This document shows, piece by piece, positions 38,454-46,524 of a DNA stretch of 64,000 nt (the stretch's first letter is position 1; every line of letters begins with the position of its first letter). Source of the DNA: an uncultured Planctomycetia bacterium. GTDB taxonomy: Bacteria > Omnitrophota > Gorgyraeia > 2-02-FULL-51-18 > JAGOUK01. The notes below the pieces were generated by a model that was not told where the DNA came from, searched no databases, and was given only the letters and a program-made list of their open reading frames with translations. The stretch is from NCBI GenBank assembly GCA_964430735.1, contig CAYSFB010000003.1:194039-258038 (forward strand), given 5' to 3'. The position numbers and the translations under genes are program-made.

Positions 38454-39887
38454 CTAACGGACCCGGTCTCCGGCACGGACCGCGCCGGGAACCTTCATTC
38501 CGAACTCATCTCCGCGCTTCACGCACGCCACTTCCACACGATTGATCTGCAACGAGCCGGCCTGAACTTCCAAGTGCGTCTGAGGGCCCTCGATCCGCAG
38601 CATCTCCCCCTTCTTCAGCGTCCCCTTCTCCCAGCGGATGATCGCGACGCCGATCCGGTCAAGATAATTGATGACGGTGCCGCGCGGCTGCGGAGACTTG
38701 ACGGACGGCTTGAACCACGCGCCCAAAAGACCGGGACCATCAGCGGCGGATTTTTTGAACTTTTCGGGCTTGCCCGGCTTTTCCTGCAGCGCGCGGATGG
38801 CCGCGTCGATCATTTCCAGCGGAACATCCGGGTGGATCACGGTTTTTCCAGCGGATTCCACCAGCACGAACCGGTTCTTTCCGACCAGACGCTTTTTATC
38901 GTAGTGCAACGCTTCGAGGATTTTTTTCTTATCGAGCCTGGCCGGAATCGTGACCGGCAGACCGAAGGCGGTCAGAAGCTTTTTTAACCGGCCCGGGAGG
39001 GTCGGATCCTTCAAAAGGCCGGTCCGGAGCGAAAGATCGGCCGCCGCGCACATCCCGATCGCCACTGCGCGGCCATGAGACAGCGCGGAATAACCGGCCG
39101 CGGCCTCCAGCGCGTGCCCGGTCGTATGACCGAAGTTCAAAATGATCCTCACTCCTCGGACGTCGAGCTCATCCCCCGCCACCACCTGCGCTTTGATCTT
39201 GGCTGAAACGGTCACGATTTTCTCGACGGCCGCTTCCTCGCGCGCCAGGACGGCCCCCGCATTTTTTTCGAGCCAAACCAGGAATTTGGCGTCGCGGATC
39301 ACCCCGTATTTGACGACCTCCGCCAGCCCGTCGCGGAATACGGCGTCCGGCAGTGAGGCCAGCAGCCGCGTGTCCGAAAGTACGAATTTGGGCTGATGGA
39401 ATGCGCCAAGCAGATTCTTCCCCTGCGGTAGGTCGATCGCTGTCTTTCCGCCGATGGCAGAATCCACCTGCGCCGTCAGCGTTGTCGGAATCTGGACAAA
39501 CGGGATACCCCGTTTGTAGACCGATGCGACAAATCCGGTGACGTCACCGACGACACCGCCGCCCAGCGCGATCAAAAACACTCCTTTGGACTTCCGGTCC
39601 ACACGGATCACGGCGTCCAGGATCTTCAAAAAGTGCGGAAGGCTCTTGAGTTTTTCGGACTCCAGACGCGCGGGCGCGAGAAACAGTTCATGTGCGATAC
39701 CGGCCGCAGCCAGCGCGGACTTGAGTGCGGGGCCATGGGCCTTCCAGACCGGCTCCTGGGTGACGACGAAGGCGGTTCCGGTCAGTTTGTTTTTGGAGAG
39801 CAGGGTTCCGAGCGAGGCAAGCGCGCCCGAACCGATGTGGATGGAATAAGGACGGCCCTTCAGGCGGACGGGGACGGCCTTGATCAT
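38454..39887 (-). CDS. aroB: 3-dehydroquinate synthase with ~105-aa C-terminal beta-barrel extension
   Basis: The AroB core (MIKAVPVRLKGRPYSIHIGSG...GGGVVGD...HALE) is followed by a tail resembling EF-Tu domain 2 (GTV...GTLKKGEMLRIEGP). The start was trimmed to the ATG at 39887. Confidence 0.8.
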   Translation of the reverse strand: MIKAVPVRLKGRPYSIHIGSGALASLGTLLSKNKLTGTAFVVTQEPVWKAHGPALKSALAAAGIAHELFLAPARLESEKLKSLPHFLKILDAVIRVDRKSKGVFLIALGGGVVGDVTGFVASVYKRGIPFVQIPTTLTAQVDSAIGGKTAIDLPQGKNLLGAFHQPKFVLSDTRLLASLPDAVFRDGLAEVVKYGVIRDAKFLVWLEKNAGAVLAREEAAVEKIVTVSAKIKAQVVAGDELDVRGVRIILNFGHTTGHALEAAAGYSALSHGRAVAIGMCAAADLSLRTGLLKDPTLPGRLKKLLTAFGLPVTIPARLDKKKILEALHYDKKRLVGKNRFVLVESAGKTVIHPDVPLEMIDAAIRALQEKPGKPEKFKKSAADGPGLLGAWFKPSVKSPQPRGTVINYLDRIGVAIIRWEKGTLKKGEMLRIEGPQTHLEVQAGSLQINRVEVACVKRGDEFGMKVPGAVRAGDRVR

Positions 39888-39889
39888 CA

Positions 39890-40207
39890 GCCGACGGTGG
39901 CGCCCGATGCGATGGGCTTGTCGGGGGTCAACAGCACGAGATCGTCTCCGGACTTGGCGGCCAGCAGCATTCCGTGTGATGTGACCCCGCGGATGACGGC
40001 GGGCTCGAGATTCTGGATCACGACGATGTATTTGCCGATCAGAGATTCGCGGGAATAGTGTTTCTTGACGCCGGCGACGATCTCGCGGCTTTCGGCCCCG
40101 AGCTCGATCGTGAGATGCCAGATCCGGTCGGCGCCGGGCACTTCGCGCACATCCAGGATCTTGGCGATCCGAAGCTCGATTTTTTTGAAGTCGTCCAGCG
40201 TGGCCAC
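39890..40207 (-). CDS. tRNA-binding domain protein (CsaA/EMAP-like)
   Basis: The pattern LDDFKKIELRIAKI...IVVIQNLEP fits the tRNA_bind fold. There is no in-frame ATG. The likely start is the GTG at 40207. The upstream region of the ORF is a basic, low-complexity translation. Confidence 0.55.
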
Positions 40208-40257
40208 GGCGGATGTGGGAGAGAGGGTTTTCCGGCGCAGACGCGCCGGAAATCCGA

Positions 40258-40572
40258 CTACTTCTTGGCCTTGGCGTCCTTGGCGGGCGCGGCGGCTTTG
40301 GCGTCCTTGGCGGGCGCGGCGGCTTTGGCGGGTGCGGCAGCCTTGGCACCGGCAGCAGGAGCAGCAGCTCCGGCGGCGGCTTCGGGCGCGGCGGTCTTGG
40401 CGTCCTTCTTGGCCTTGATCTTCATAACCTTGACCTTCGGAAGGTTCATGCAGCCTTTGGTCTCGTCCCAAAGCCCCTTCTTCTGGAGCGCTTCGATCTT
40501 TTCGTAACGCTTCAGAACCGAACGATGACTTCCGCTTGCGGAACCGCTGCCAAAACTGTTGTGCTGCGACAT
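40258..40572 (-). CDS. lysine/alanine-rich repeat protein (histone H1-like tail), hypothetical
   Basis: The C-terminal AKAAAPAKD repeats are encoded by a perfect 27-nt tandem duplication. The N-terminal 50 aa are unrecognised. Confidence 0.45.
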   Translation of the reverse strand: MSQHNSFGSGSASGSHRSVLKRYEKIEALQKKGLWDETKGCMNLPKVKVMKIKAKKDAKTAAPEAAAGAAAPAAGAKAAAPAKAAAPAKDAKAAAPAKDAKAKK

Positions 40573-40594
40573 GACGTACCTCGGGGTGACTGGG

Positions 40595-41278
40595 TTAGAA
40601 TTTGCGTAAATAACTGTCTGGATAAATCCGCTTCAAAGCCCGCAAATCCTTCTGAGCTTCATAGCGGCTGGAATATTCCCCGACGCAAACCACAAAAAGC
40701 GACCCTTGAACAACCATACGAGCCGCGTAACCTTTTTGGGTTAATTGGGCGACTTCGCTTTGGGCGCGGGGCTGACTGCGGTAGGCGACGGCCTGAACAG
40801 TATAGGGCTTTCTGGGGGTGTTTGCAACGGATTTTGGGGCAACGGCTGGAGCCAGCTGCGACTGAGGGCGGGCGGGCGTCGTTTGCTGGGAATACGCCGG
40901 CGCGGTCGTGGTCCGGGTCAGCTGAGACGAGGTCGCCAGGCGCTGATTCGCCGGAACAGCGGCTCCGGGCGTAAACCGGGAGCGCGCGTTCTGCGTCTGA
41001 AAATTCTCCACCTGACGCGACTTCAGGTCCGAAATCTTGCGTGCGATGTCCCGCCGTTCGACGTCCTTGCCTCGCAAAAAACCCATATAAAAAACGACGA
41101 TGAGAAGCACGATGACCACCGCCGCGGTGACCGTGAGGATCTCGAGCGTGACAGTAAAGGTCGGCTCCGCCTGCAGCGATAGCGCCGACTTGATCCGGTC
41201 GCCGGGAGTCTCGCGCGGCGGCGTCTCGAAGAGGTCGCTGGATTCGGTCCGAGGCGTGTGGGTGCGAAAGTCGTCCAT
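40595..41278 (-). CDS. SPOR domain-containing membrane protein
   Basis: It has one TM helix, a Q/T/P-rich linker and a C-terminal SPOR fold pattern (YTVQAVAYRSQPRAQSEVAQLTQKGYAARMV...LFVVCVGEY). Confidence 0.7.
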   Translation of the reverse strand: MDDFRTHTPRTESSDLFETPPRETPGDRIKSALSLQAEPTFTVTLEILTVTAAVVIVLLIVVFYMGFLRGKDVERRDIARKISDLKSRQVENFQTQNARSRFTPGAAVPANQRLATSSQLTRTTTAPAYSQQTTPARPQSQLAPAVAPKSVANTPRKPYTVQAVAYRSQPRAQSEVAQLTQKGYAARMVVQGSLFVVCVGEYSSRYEAQKDLRALKRIYPDSYLRKF

Positions 41279-41304
41279 GGGGGTTTATTCTAACGAAAAA
41301 AGCG

Positions 41305-41970
41305 TCAAAAAGCACCGTCCGAACGCCAAGAAGCCCGGAAGAACGGTTTTTGATTCACGGTGATGAGAAGACTTCCCTTTTCGTACCGGAGCTCAAAATC
41401 AAGACGCGAAGCAAGCGTGCCGCTGTCGGGCAGCGCTTTCCACGCCGCCAGCGCCTTTCGCAGTTCGGCGGGATCGGCGTTTCCGCGAATCTGGGCCGCG
41501 CGGATGCGGCCGGCCGCGTCCCATTCCAGATCCGCGTCCAGCCGCAACTGGGCCGAATTCCAATCCCGGAGCTCCAGTCGGCGGCTCGCGGCAAGCCAGC
41601 GCCCCCGACCTGAATCAAAATGAATGGAGGGCCATTTCGGATTGTTCGGAACGATCCGGATCTGTTCGGCCTCAAAATTCCACTTGCCCGTCCACAGGCC
41701 GCGCAAAAGCGAATGCGTCATCCGAATGCGGCCTGCCTGAATTCCGGCCGGTTTCGCCGGTAGAGCAAGGCCCGTCATCGCCGGCGCAACTCCCGTTCGA
41801 TGGATGGCATCCCAGCGAACTTCCCGGGGCGCACCTTTCGCCGCCGACCACTGGAGCAGCGGAACTGGAGGATAGATCAAAACAAGAAGGGCCGCCCCGA
41901 CGGCGGCCGCAGCGGCCAGAACAACAATCCCGATGCGACTCACCCGCATCCGCGCTAGACCTTCGCCCAA
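41305..41970 (-). CDS. membrane-anchored hypothetical protein
   Basis: It has an N-terminal TM helix (IGIVVLAAAAAVGAALLVLIY). Confidence 0.4.
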   Translation of the reverse strand: MGEGLARMRVSRIGIVVLAAAAAVGAALLVLIYPPVPLLQWSAAKGAPREVRWDAIHRTGVAPAMTGLALPAKPAGIQAGRIRMTHSLLRGLWTGKWNFEAEQIRIVPNNPKWPSIHFDSGRGRWLAASRRLELRDWNSAQLRLDADLEWDAAGRIRAAQIRGNADPAELRKALAAWKALPDSGTLASRLDFELRYEKGSLLITVNQKPFFRASWRSDGAF

Positions 41971-43496
41971 CGTACGCCCTCGTACCGGACCAACCGGACG
42001 ATGCGCCGGCTGGATAACACTTTGTCAAAAGCATCGACGACGATCGGATCAAATTGCGTGCCCCGGTTCCGCTTCAATTCGACCAGGGCTTCTTCGACGC
42101 TCGTTCCTTTTCGATAGGGCCTCCCCCCGACCAGCGCCTCAAACGCGTTCACCACGGCGAGCACGCGCGACCCCAATGGAATCTGCTGGGCTTTGAGGCC
42201 GCTGGGATAGCCTGAACCGTCAAAATTTTCGTGGCTCGCCAGAATGATGGGAGCGACCGGCTTGAGGCTATTGAAGGATTGGACCAGCTTGGCGCCGTGG
42301 ACCGGATGCTGCCGGATCAGCTGAACTTCCGCGCCCGTGAGCTTGGCGGACTTTCGGAGAATCTCGTCGGGCAGCGAGAGCTTGCCCGCGTCCTTGAGAA
42401 GCGTCGCGTAATGAAGGGCCTTTTTCTCATCGTCGCCCATACGGAGGAGCGAAGCGATGCCCAGCGTCATCGCCAGGAGCGTGGTCGGGCGAATCTTCCG
42501 CTGGGGCGAGAAACGCGTGCCCAGGATCTTGGCCAGCGACTGGATCGTCTCAAACGTGACGCGCTTCTGATCCTCGTAAAGCTCGGCGTTCTTGATGGCA
42601 ACCACCGCCTCTTCCGCCAGCGTCATCAAAATGTCCTTGTCAAAATTGTTGAAGCCGTTCGGATCCTTCTTGTTCCGCAGCGTGATAACGCCGATCACGT
42701 CTTCGTCGATCATCGGTACCGACAACACATCTTTGCGGATAACGAGCTTGGCGGTGGCAAACACCCGGCCCTCGAGCCCCTCCCCCGTCCGAAGCTTGCG
42801 GCCGGGCCGGCCCCGAAGCGAATCCCGGGTATTGCCCCGCTCCGTCAGCCGTGTTCCACCCGACTTCCGGTCCAGGCTGTAGATCACGCACTCTTTGGCG
42901 CGGAGCACCTGGGCCGTCAGCACCGCCAGGCGCGCGTACAGATCGTCCAAGCCGCTGATGGTGTTGATCAGCCGGTGGATCGTATGAACCGTCGAAAGCG
43001 CAACCATCCGGGGACGCAGACTCTCGGATACGCGTTTGAGTTCCGCGCCCTGCTGCGTATGAGAGATGACCATCTTGAGGTTTGCGGCCAGGAGCTGGAA
43101 TGCGGGTTTGGAGAGTGTGAGCCTGTCCAAATGCGTGAGGGCGAGCCCATGCCAGCAACCGTTTTCGAATACGAGCGGAATGCAGTGCGTGGACTGCCCA
43201 TGCTGTCCGCAATTCAGATCAAAACCCAGGTGGGTCACATCCGGTCGGCGGGAAATCTGCGCCAGGATCGCCTTGCGGCATGAGAGATCCATCACGCGCG
43301 GATCCTGCCAGACATCCCATGTCCGGCCGTCCATTTCGGCCCACATCCGGCCATTGACCCGCGAAACGGTAAACAGCCACCACAGCGGGCTCCCGAGAAT
43401 GGGAGCGAACAAGGACCTTTGACGTTTGAATTCGGGATGAGCGAGGAGCGATGGCCACAAATCCGCGGGGGCGGAACCGAAGCCGGTCGGCGTCAT
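41955..43496 (-). CDS. GAF domain + HD-GYP c-di-GMP phosphodiesterase
   Basis: It has the HD-GYP motifs (HHENFDGSGYP, HD region) and an upstream GAF domain. The start was trimmed to the ATG at 43496, overlapping the upstream ATPase stop (ATGA). Confidence 0.85.
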   Translation of the reverse strand: MTPTGFGSAPADLWPSLLAHPEFKRQRSLFAPILGSPLWWLFTVSRVNGRMWAEMDGRTWDVWQDPRVMDLSCRKAILAQISRRPDVTHLGFDLNCGQHGQSTHCIPLVFENGCWHGLALTHLDRLTLSKPAFQLLAANLKMVISHTQQGAELKRVSESLRPRMVALSTVHTIHRLINTISGLDDLYARLAVLTAQVLRAKECVIYSLDRKSGGTRLTERGNTRDSLRGRPGRKLRTGEGLEGRVFATAKLVIRKDVLSVPMIDEDVIGVITLRNKKDPNGFNNFDKDILMTLAEEAVVAIKNAELYEDQKRVTFETIQSLAKILGTRFSPQRKIRPTTLLAMTLGIASLLRMGDDEKKALHYATLLKDAGKLSLPDEILRKSAKLTGAEVQLIRQHPVHGAKLVQSFNSLKPVAPIILASHENFDGSGYPSGLKAQQIPLGSRVLAVVNAFEALVGGRPYRKGTSVEEALVELKRNRGTQFDPIVVDAFDKVLSSRRIVRLVRYEGVRWAKV

Positions 43497-45190
43497 GCGC
43501 TGACGGGGAGGGCCGGCATTTCGGCCGGAGCGGCCGGATGGGTATCCGGCAGCCGCACACATTTGGACTGACGATGCAAATCCATCAAAAAGTTGAGCTG
43601 ACGCAGACCAACCACCCAGATGTTCAGGTTTTTGGCCATCAGCTTGGCGTTGGCGTCCATACCGTCCACGTGAATCAGGAGGGTTTTGGGCTTCAGCGGC
43701 CGGCGAGCGCGGGCATCCTCGGCCAAAGACCGGACGTCGGACTCGGTCACCGGACGCGAAAAGGAGCGGATTTCCCACGGGGCACAGACACCGGAAGCCA
43801 TGAATCGCGCGGAATCGGCGGATGCGGTGATGGTCTCAATCTGTTTCAGAACGGGCAGCTGGCGAGAACGGCCGTCCCACTCCACCCGGTCACCCTCAAA
43901 GCAGCCCAGCAATGCGACGATCCGGTCGGCATCCGGCTGCGCGTCCGCCGACAGAAAGCCCTCCAGCTCCTCCTCAAGATCCTTGATGAAGAGGGACGCG
44001 CGGGACGGGGCGTCGACCATGAGCGAAAGGTCGCGGTGACGGACGACCGCCGTCACCCAGAATCGAAACAAAGGATCGGTGAACGAATAAAGGGTTCCGT
44101 TCTTCACAAGGATTTCGTCTTCGGTCAAAGCCGCGAGCTGGCGCGAGCATTCGGCCTGACTGCGGCCGATCTTGGCGGCCAGATCCTTGAGACGGCGGGT
44201 TCCGCGGGCCAGCTCGAACAGCATCTGGCGGTAAGAACCTGTCGAACGCACGTCTGTCCAGCGCGAAAGACGCTTCACGAAGCACTGGTTGAGAATGCCG
44301 TCGGCGTCAAACAACGTCCGCTTGAACGCCGAAAAGATCATCGACCGCGAAATCCGGCCCGTCAGCTGCCGCTCCGTCTCTTCGCGGAGCCTCTGGGTGA
44401 TGACGTTCAGATAGAAGGGGTGCCCGTCGGTCAGCGCGACCAGGAAGCGGCGCGTTGGGGCATCCAGCTCGGCCGGCTCCAAATGCCGCTGGACGAAGCG
44501 GTCGGCCGTCGCAAAGTCGAAGGGCCCCAGATCGATCCGCTCGAAATGCCCGAAGAGAAGCGCCAATTTTTGAGCCAAAATTTCGCGGGACAACCGAACG
44601 GACGAGCTCAGGAGGATGTACTGGGTGTCTTTTTGCACCATGAGACGCTTGCCGAAGATCTGAAACGCGTGTTTGACCGGAAAATCCCCCAGCCGGTGGA
44701 ATTCGTCCAGAATCACGACGCAGCGGCGGCCCGTTTCCCGGTACGCGCAGGACGGAAGCTCCAGCGCCGCGGCATACGCGCGGTCCCAATCGCTGTTTTG
44801 GACCAGGGTCAGCACCGCACGCACTTCGGCAACGGTCCTCGGGCAGACGGTTTGCGCGCGATCCACCAGCGCATCCCAGCTGGCCGCGGCAACGGCGCCC
44901 TCGCCCTCATGCGCGCCGACCAGCGCCTGAAAAAGCAGCGAGTGGCAGAAGTGGTGTAAAAAGGTCTCGATGGTCTGGTGGGTCAGGTCGATGTAAACCG
45001 GGAGCACCCGCCGGTCATGGGCGGAGTGCAGGTAGTGCTGAATGATGGAGGTCTTACCGAGACGTTCTTCACCGATCAGCGCCAGGTTCTGGCGATAACC
45101 GTCCCGGTGGGCATCCACGCGCTTTTTGAGGGTCTCGAGAATCTCTTCGCGGCCGAAGAACAGACTCCCGACGACTGGGTCCGAAAACAT
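43493..45190 (-). CDS. AAA-family ATPase of the Arch_ATPase/DUF234 type
   Basis: A P-loop (GEERLGKTS) and Walker B (VVILDEFH), followed by a winged-helix-like C-terminal region. The start was trimmed to the ATG at 45190. Confidence 0.6.
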   Translation of the reverse strand: MFSDPVVGSLFFGREEILETLKKRVDAHRDGYRQNLALIGEERLGKTSIIQHYLHSAHDRRVLPVYIDLTHQTIETFLHHFCHSLLFQALVGAHEGEGAVAAASWDALVDRAQTVCPRTVAEVRAVLTLVQNSDWDRAYAAALELPSCAYRETGRRCVVILDEFHRLGDFPVKHAFQIFGKRLMVQKDTQYILLSSSVRLSREILAQKLALLFGHFERIDLGPFDFATADRFVQRHLEPAELDAPTRRFLVALTDGHPFYLNVITQRLREETERQLTGRISRSMIFSAFKRTLFDADGILNQCFVKRLSRWTDVRSTGSYRQMLFELARGTRRLKDLAAKIGRSQAECSRQLAALTEDEILVKNGTLYSFTDPLFRFWVTAVVRHRDLSLMVDAPSRASLFIKDLEEELEGFLSADAQPDADRIVALLGCFEGDRVEWDGRSRQLPVLKQIETITASADSARFMASGVCAPWEIRSFSRPVTESDVRSLAEDARARRPLKPKTLLIHVDGMDANAKLMAKNLNIWVVGLRQLNFLMDLHRQSKCVRLPDTHPAAPAEMPALPVSA

Positions 45191-45285
45191 GTATTTTTTT
45201 CTTAAATTCCAGGTAAAAAATCTTTGCGGTATTCTACTGCCGCACCCCACCCCCGTCAATCCCGATAAGCCCAATCCGCCTGTCG

Positions 45286-45351
45286 CCCAACCCAATCTGG
45301 CTTGCCACCCAACCCAATCTGGCTTCCCACCCAACCCAATCTGGCTTGCCG
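45286..45351. repeat. three tandem copies of a 22-bp unit (cccaacccaatctggcttgcca)
   Basis: Copies lie at 45286-45307, 45308-45329 and 45330-45351, with single mismatches. They are followed by the palindrome gcttgccgcaggcaagc. Confidence 0.8.
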
Positions 45352-45400
45352 CAGGCAAGCTAAAGAGTACCACCGCGCACGTACACCCAAACCCAACCCA

Positions 45401-45506
45401 CCGTCTGCTAAGAAGCCGTCAGATGCAAGGCGCGAGGGCGCGCCGTGTAGCGGTAGCTACACAAGCGCCCGAGCAACGCAGCAGATGACGGCTTATTAGC
45501 AGACGG
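45401..45506 (-). other. 26-bp inverted repeat enclosing two internal hairpins, abutting tRNA-Gly 3' end (trailer/terminator-like structured element)
   Basis: Arm ccgtctgctaagaagccgtcagatgc (45401-45426) pairs with gcagatgacggcttattagcagacgg (45481-45506), with 23 of 26 positions complementary. The 54-nt loop contains the ggcgcg/cgcgcc and gtgtagc/gctacac hairpins. Confidence 0.55.
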
Positions 45507-45580
45507 TGGAGCGACCTGCGGGAATCGAACCCGCGTCTCGAGCTTGGGAAGCTCGGGTATTGCCACTATACGAAGGTCGC
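45507..45580 (-). tRNA. tRNA-Gly (anticodon CCC), CCA encoded
   Basis: A manual cloverleaf fold of GCGACCTTCGTATAGTGGCAATACCCGAGCTTCCCAAGCTCGAGACGCGGGTTCGATTCCCGCAGGTCGCTCCA gives a 7-bp acceptor stem, a D arm, a CGAGC/GCTCG anticodon stem with loop TTCCCAA, and a TPsiC arm GTTCGATTC. Confidence 0.85.
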
Positions 45581-45597
45581 AATGGCGAGCCGGGCAA

Positions 45598-46524
45598 TTA
45601 TAGCAGAATCATCTTCCGGTATTCAGCCAACCGCTTCTGGATCTCGGTGGGCTTGAGGGCCGCGAGGCGGTTCACACTGAAGCTCTGGACGTTGAACGAC
45701 GCCACCACGGAGCCGTGGAGCACGGCGTCCCGGACGTCGCGGGGCTTGGGGCGATCAAATCGGGATAAGTAACCCAAAAATCCGCCTGCAAAGGAATCTC
45801 CGGCACCGGTGGGATCCATCACATTGTCGAGCAGGAAGGCCGGGATCGCAAAATGCCCCTGTTTCGTGAAGCAGCAGGCGCCGAACTCCCCGCGTTTCAC
45901 GACCACCAGCTCCGGCCCCAGCTTCATCAGCTTGCGAACGGCCTTGAGCAGATGTGCCTCGCCCGACCACTGACGAATCTCGCCGTCGTTCATCAGGACG
46001 ATGTCGACGTGACGAAGCACACGCTCAAGCGGCTTCGGAGTGGTCTCGATCCAGAGGTTCATCGTATCGCAGGCGACCCATTTGGGCTTGCGAGACTGCT
46101 GCAGCACGCTCCACTGGAGCTCCGGGTGGATGTTGGCCAAAAAGAGATGCGGCGCATGCAGGTGCTGCTTCATGAGAACCGGCTTGAAGGATTGAAAAAC
46201 GTTGAGTTCGGTCTTCACCGTGATCGCGCGGTTCAAGTCCTTTTCGTAATACCCCTTCCAATGAAACGTCTTCCCCTGTTCCATCAGCAGACCGTCGATC
46301 TGGATGCCGAGCTTTTTCAGGAGCTGGATATGCGCCTGGGGAAAATCGTGTCCGACCACCCCGACCAGATGCACCGGGCAGAAAAAACGGGCCGCGGCCG
46401 AGAAATAAACGGCCGAACCTCCGAGCGAGCGCTCGACTTCACCGAACGGCGTTTTGACCGAATCCAAGGCGATGGAACCGACCACCACAAGATCGTTGGA
46501 CCTGCTGCCAGAACGCTTCTTCAC
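45598..46524 (-). CDS. PfkB-family carbohydrate kinase (ribokinase superfamily)
   Basis: It has the PfkB signature DPTGAGDSFAGGFL and an N-terminal VVVGSIALD. Confidence 0.8.
   Translation of the reverse strand: MKKRSGSRSNDLVVVGSIALDSVKTPFGEVERSLGGSAVYFSAAARFFCPVHLVGVVGHDFPQAHIQLLKKLGIQIDGLLMEQGKTFHWKGYYEKDLNRAITVKTELNVFQSFKPVLMKQHLHAPHLFLANIHPELQWSVLQQSRKPKWVACDTMNLWIETTPKPLERVLRHVDIVLMNDGEIRQWSGEAHLLKAVRKLMKLGPELVVVKRGEFGACCFTKQGHFAIPAFLLDNVMDPTGAGDSFAGGFLGYLSRFDRPKPRDVRDAVLHGSVVASFNVQSFSVNRLAALKPTEIQKRLAEYRKMILL

Noticed and set aside
38454-40349. 631-aa ORF as a single gene
   Set aside because: The N-terminal 154 codons are a basic, low-complexity translation that overlaps the CsaA-like gene frame. 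AroB starts at the ATG at 39887 (MIKAVPV).
45286-45351. Possible CRISPR array
   Set aside because: The 22-bp units are directly tandem, with no spacers, only three copies, and no cas genes.
45126-45488. 120-aa plus-strand ORF spanning the tandem repeats
   Set aside because: The translation is P/N-rich low complexity produced by the repeat itself. The region is better explained as non-coding repeats and RNA structure.
41955-45580. Integrated mobile element at tRNA-Gly
   Set aside because: No integrase, transposase, or direct repeat of the tRNA 3' end was recognised. The suggestion is kept only as a low-confidence hypothesis in the findings.
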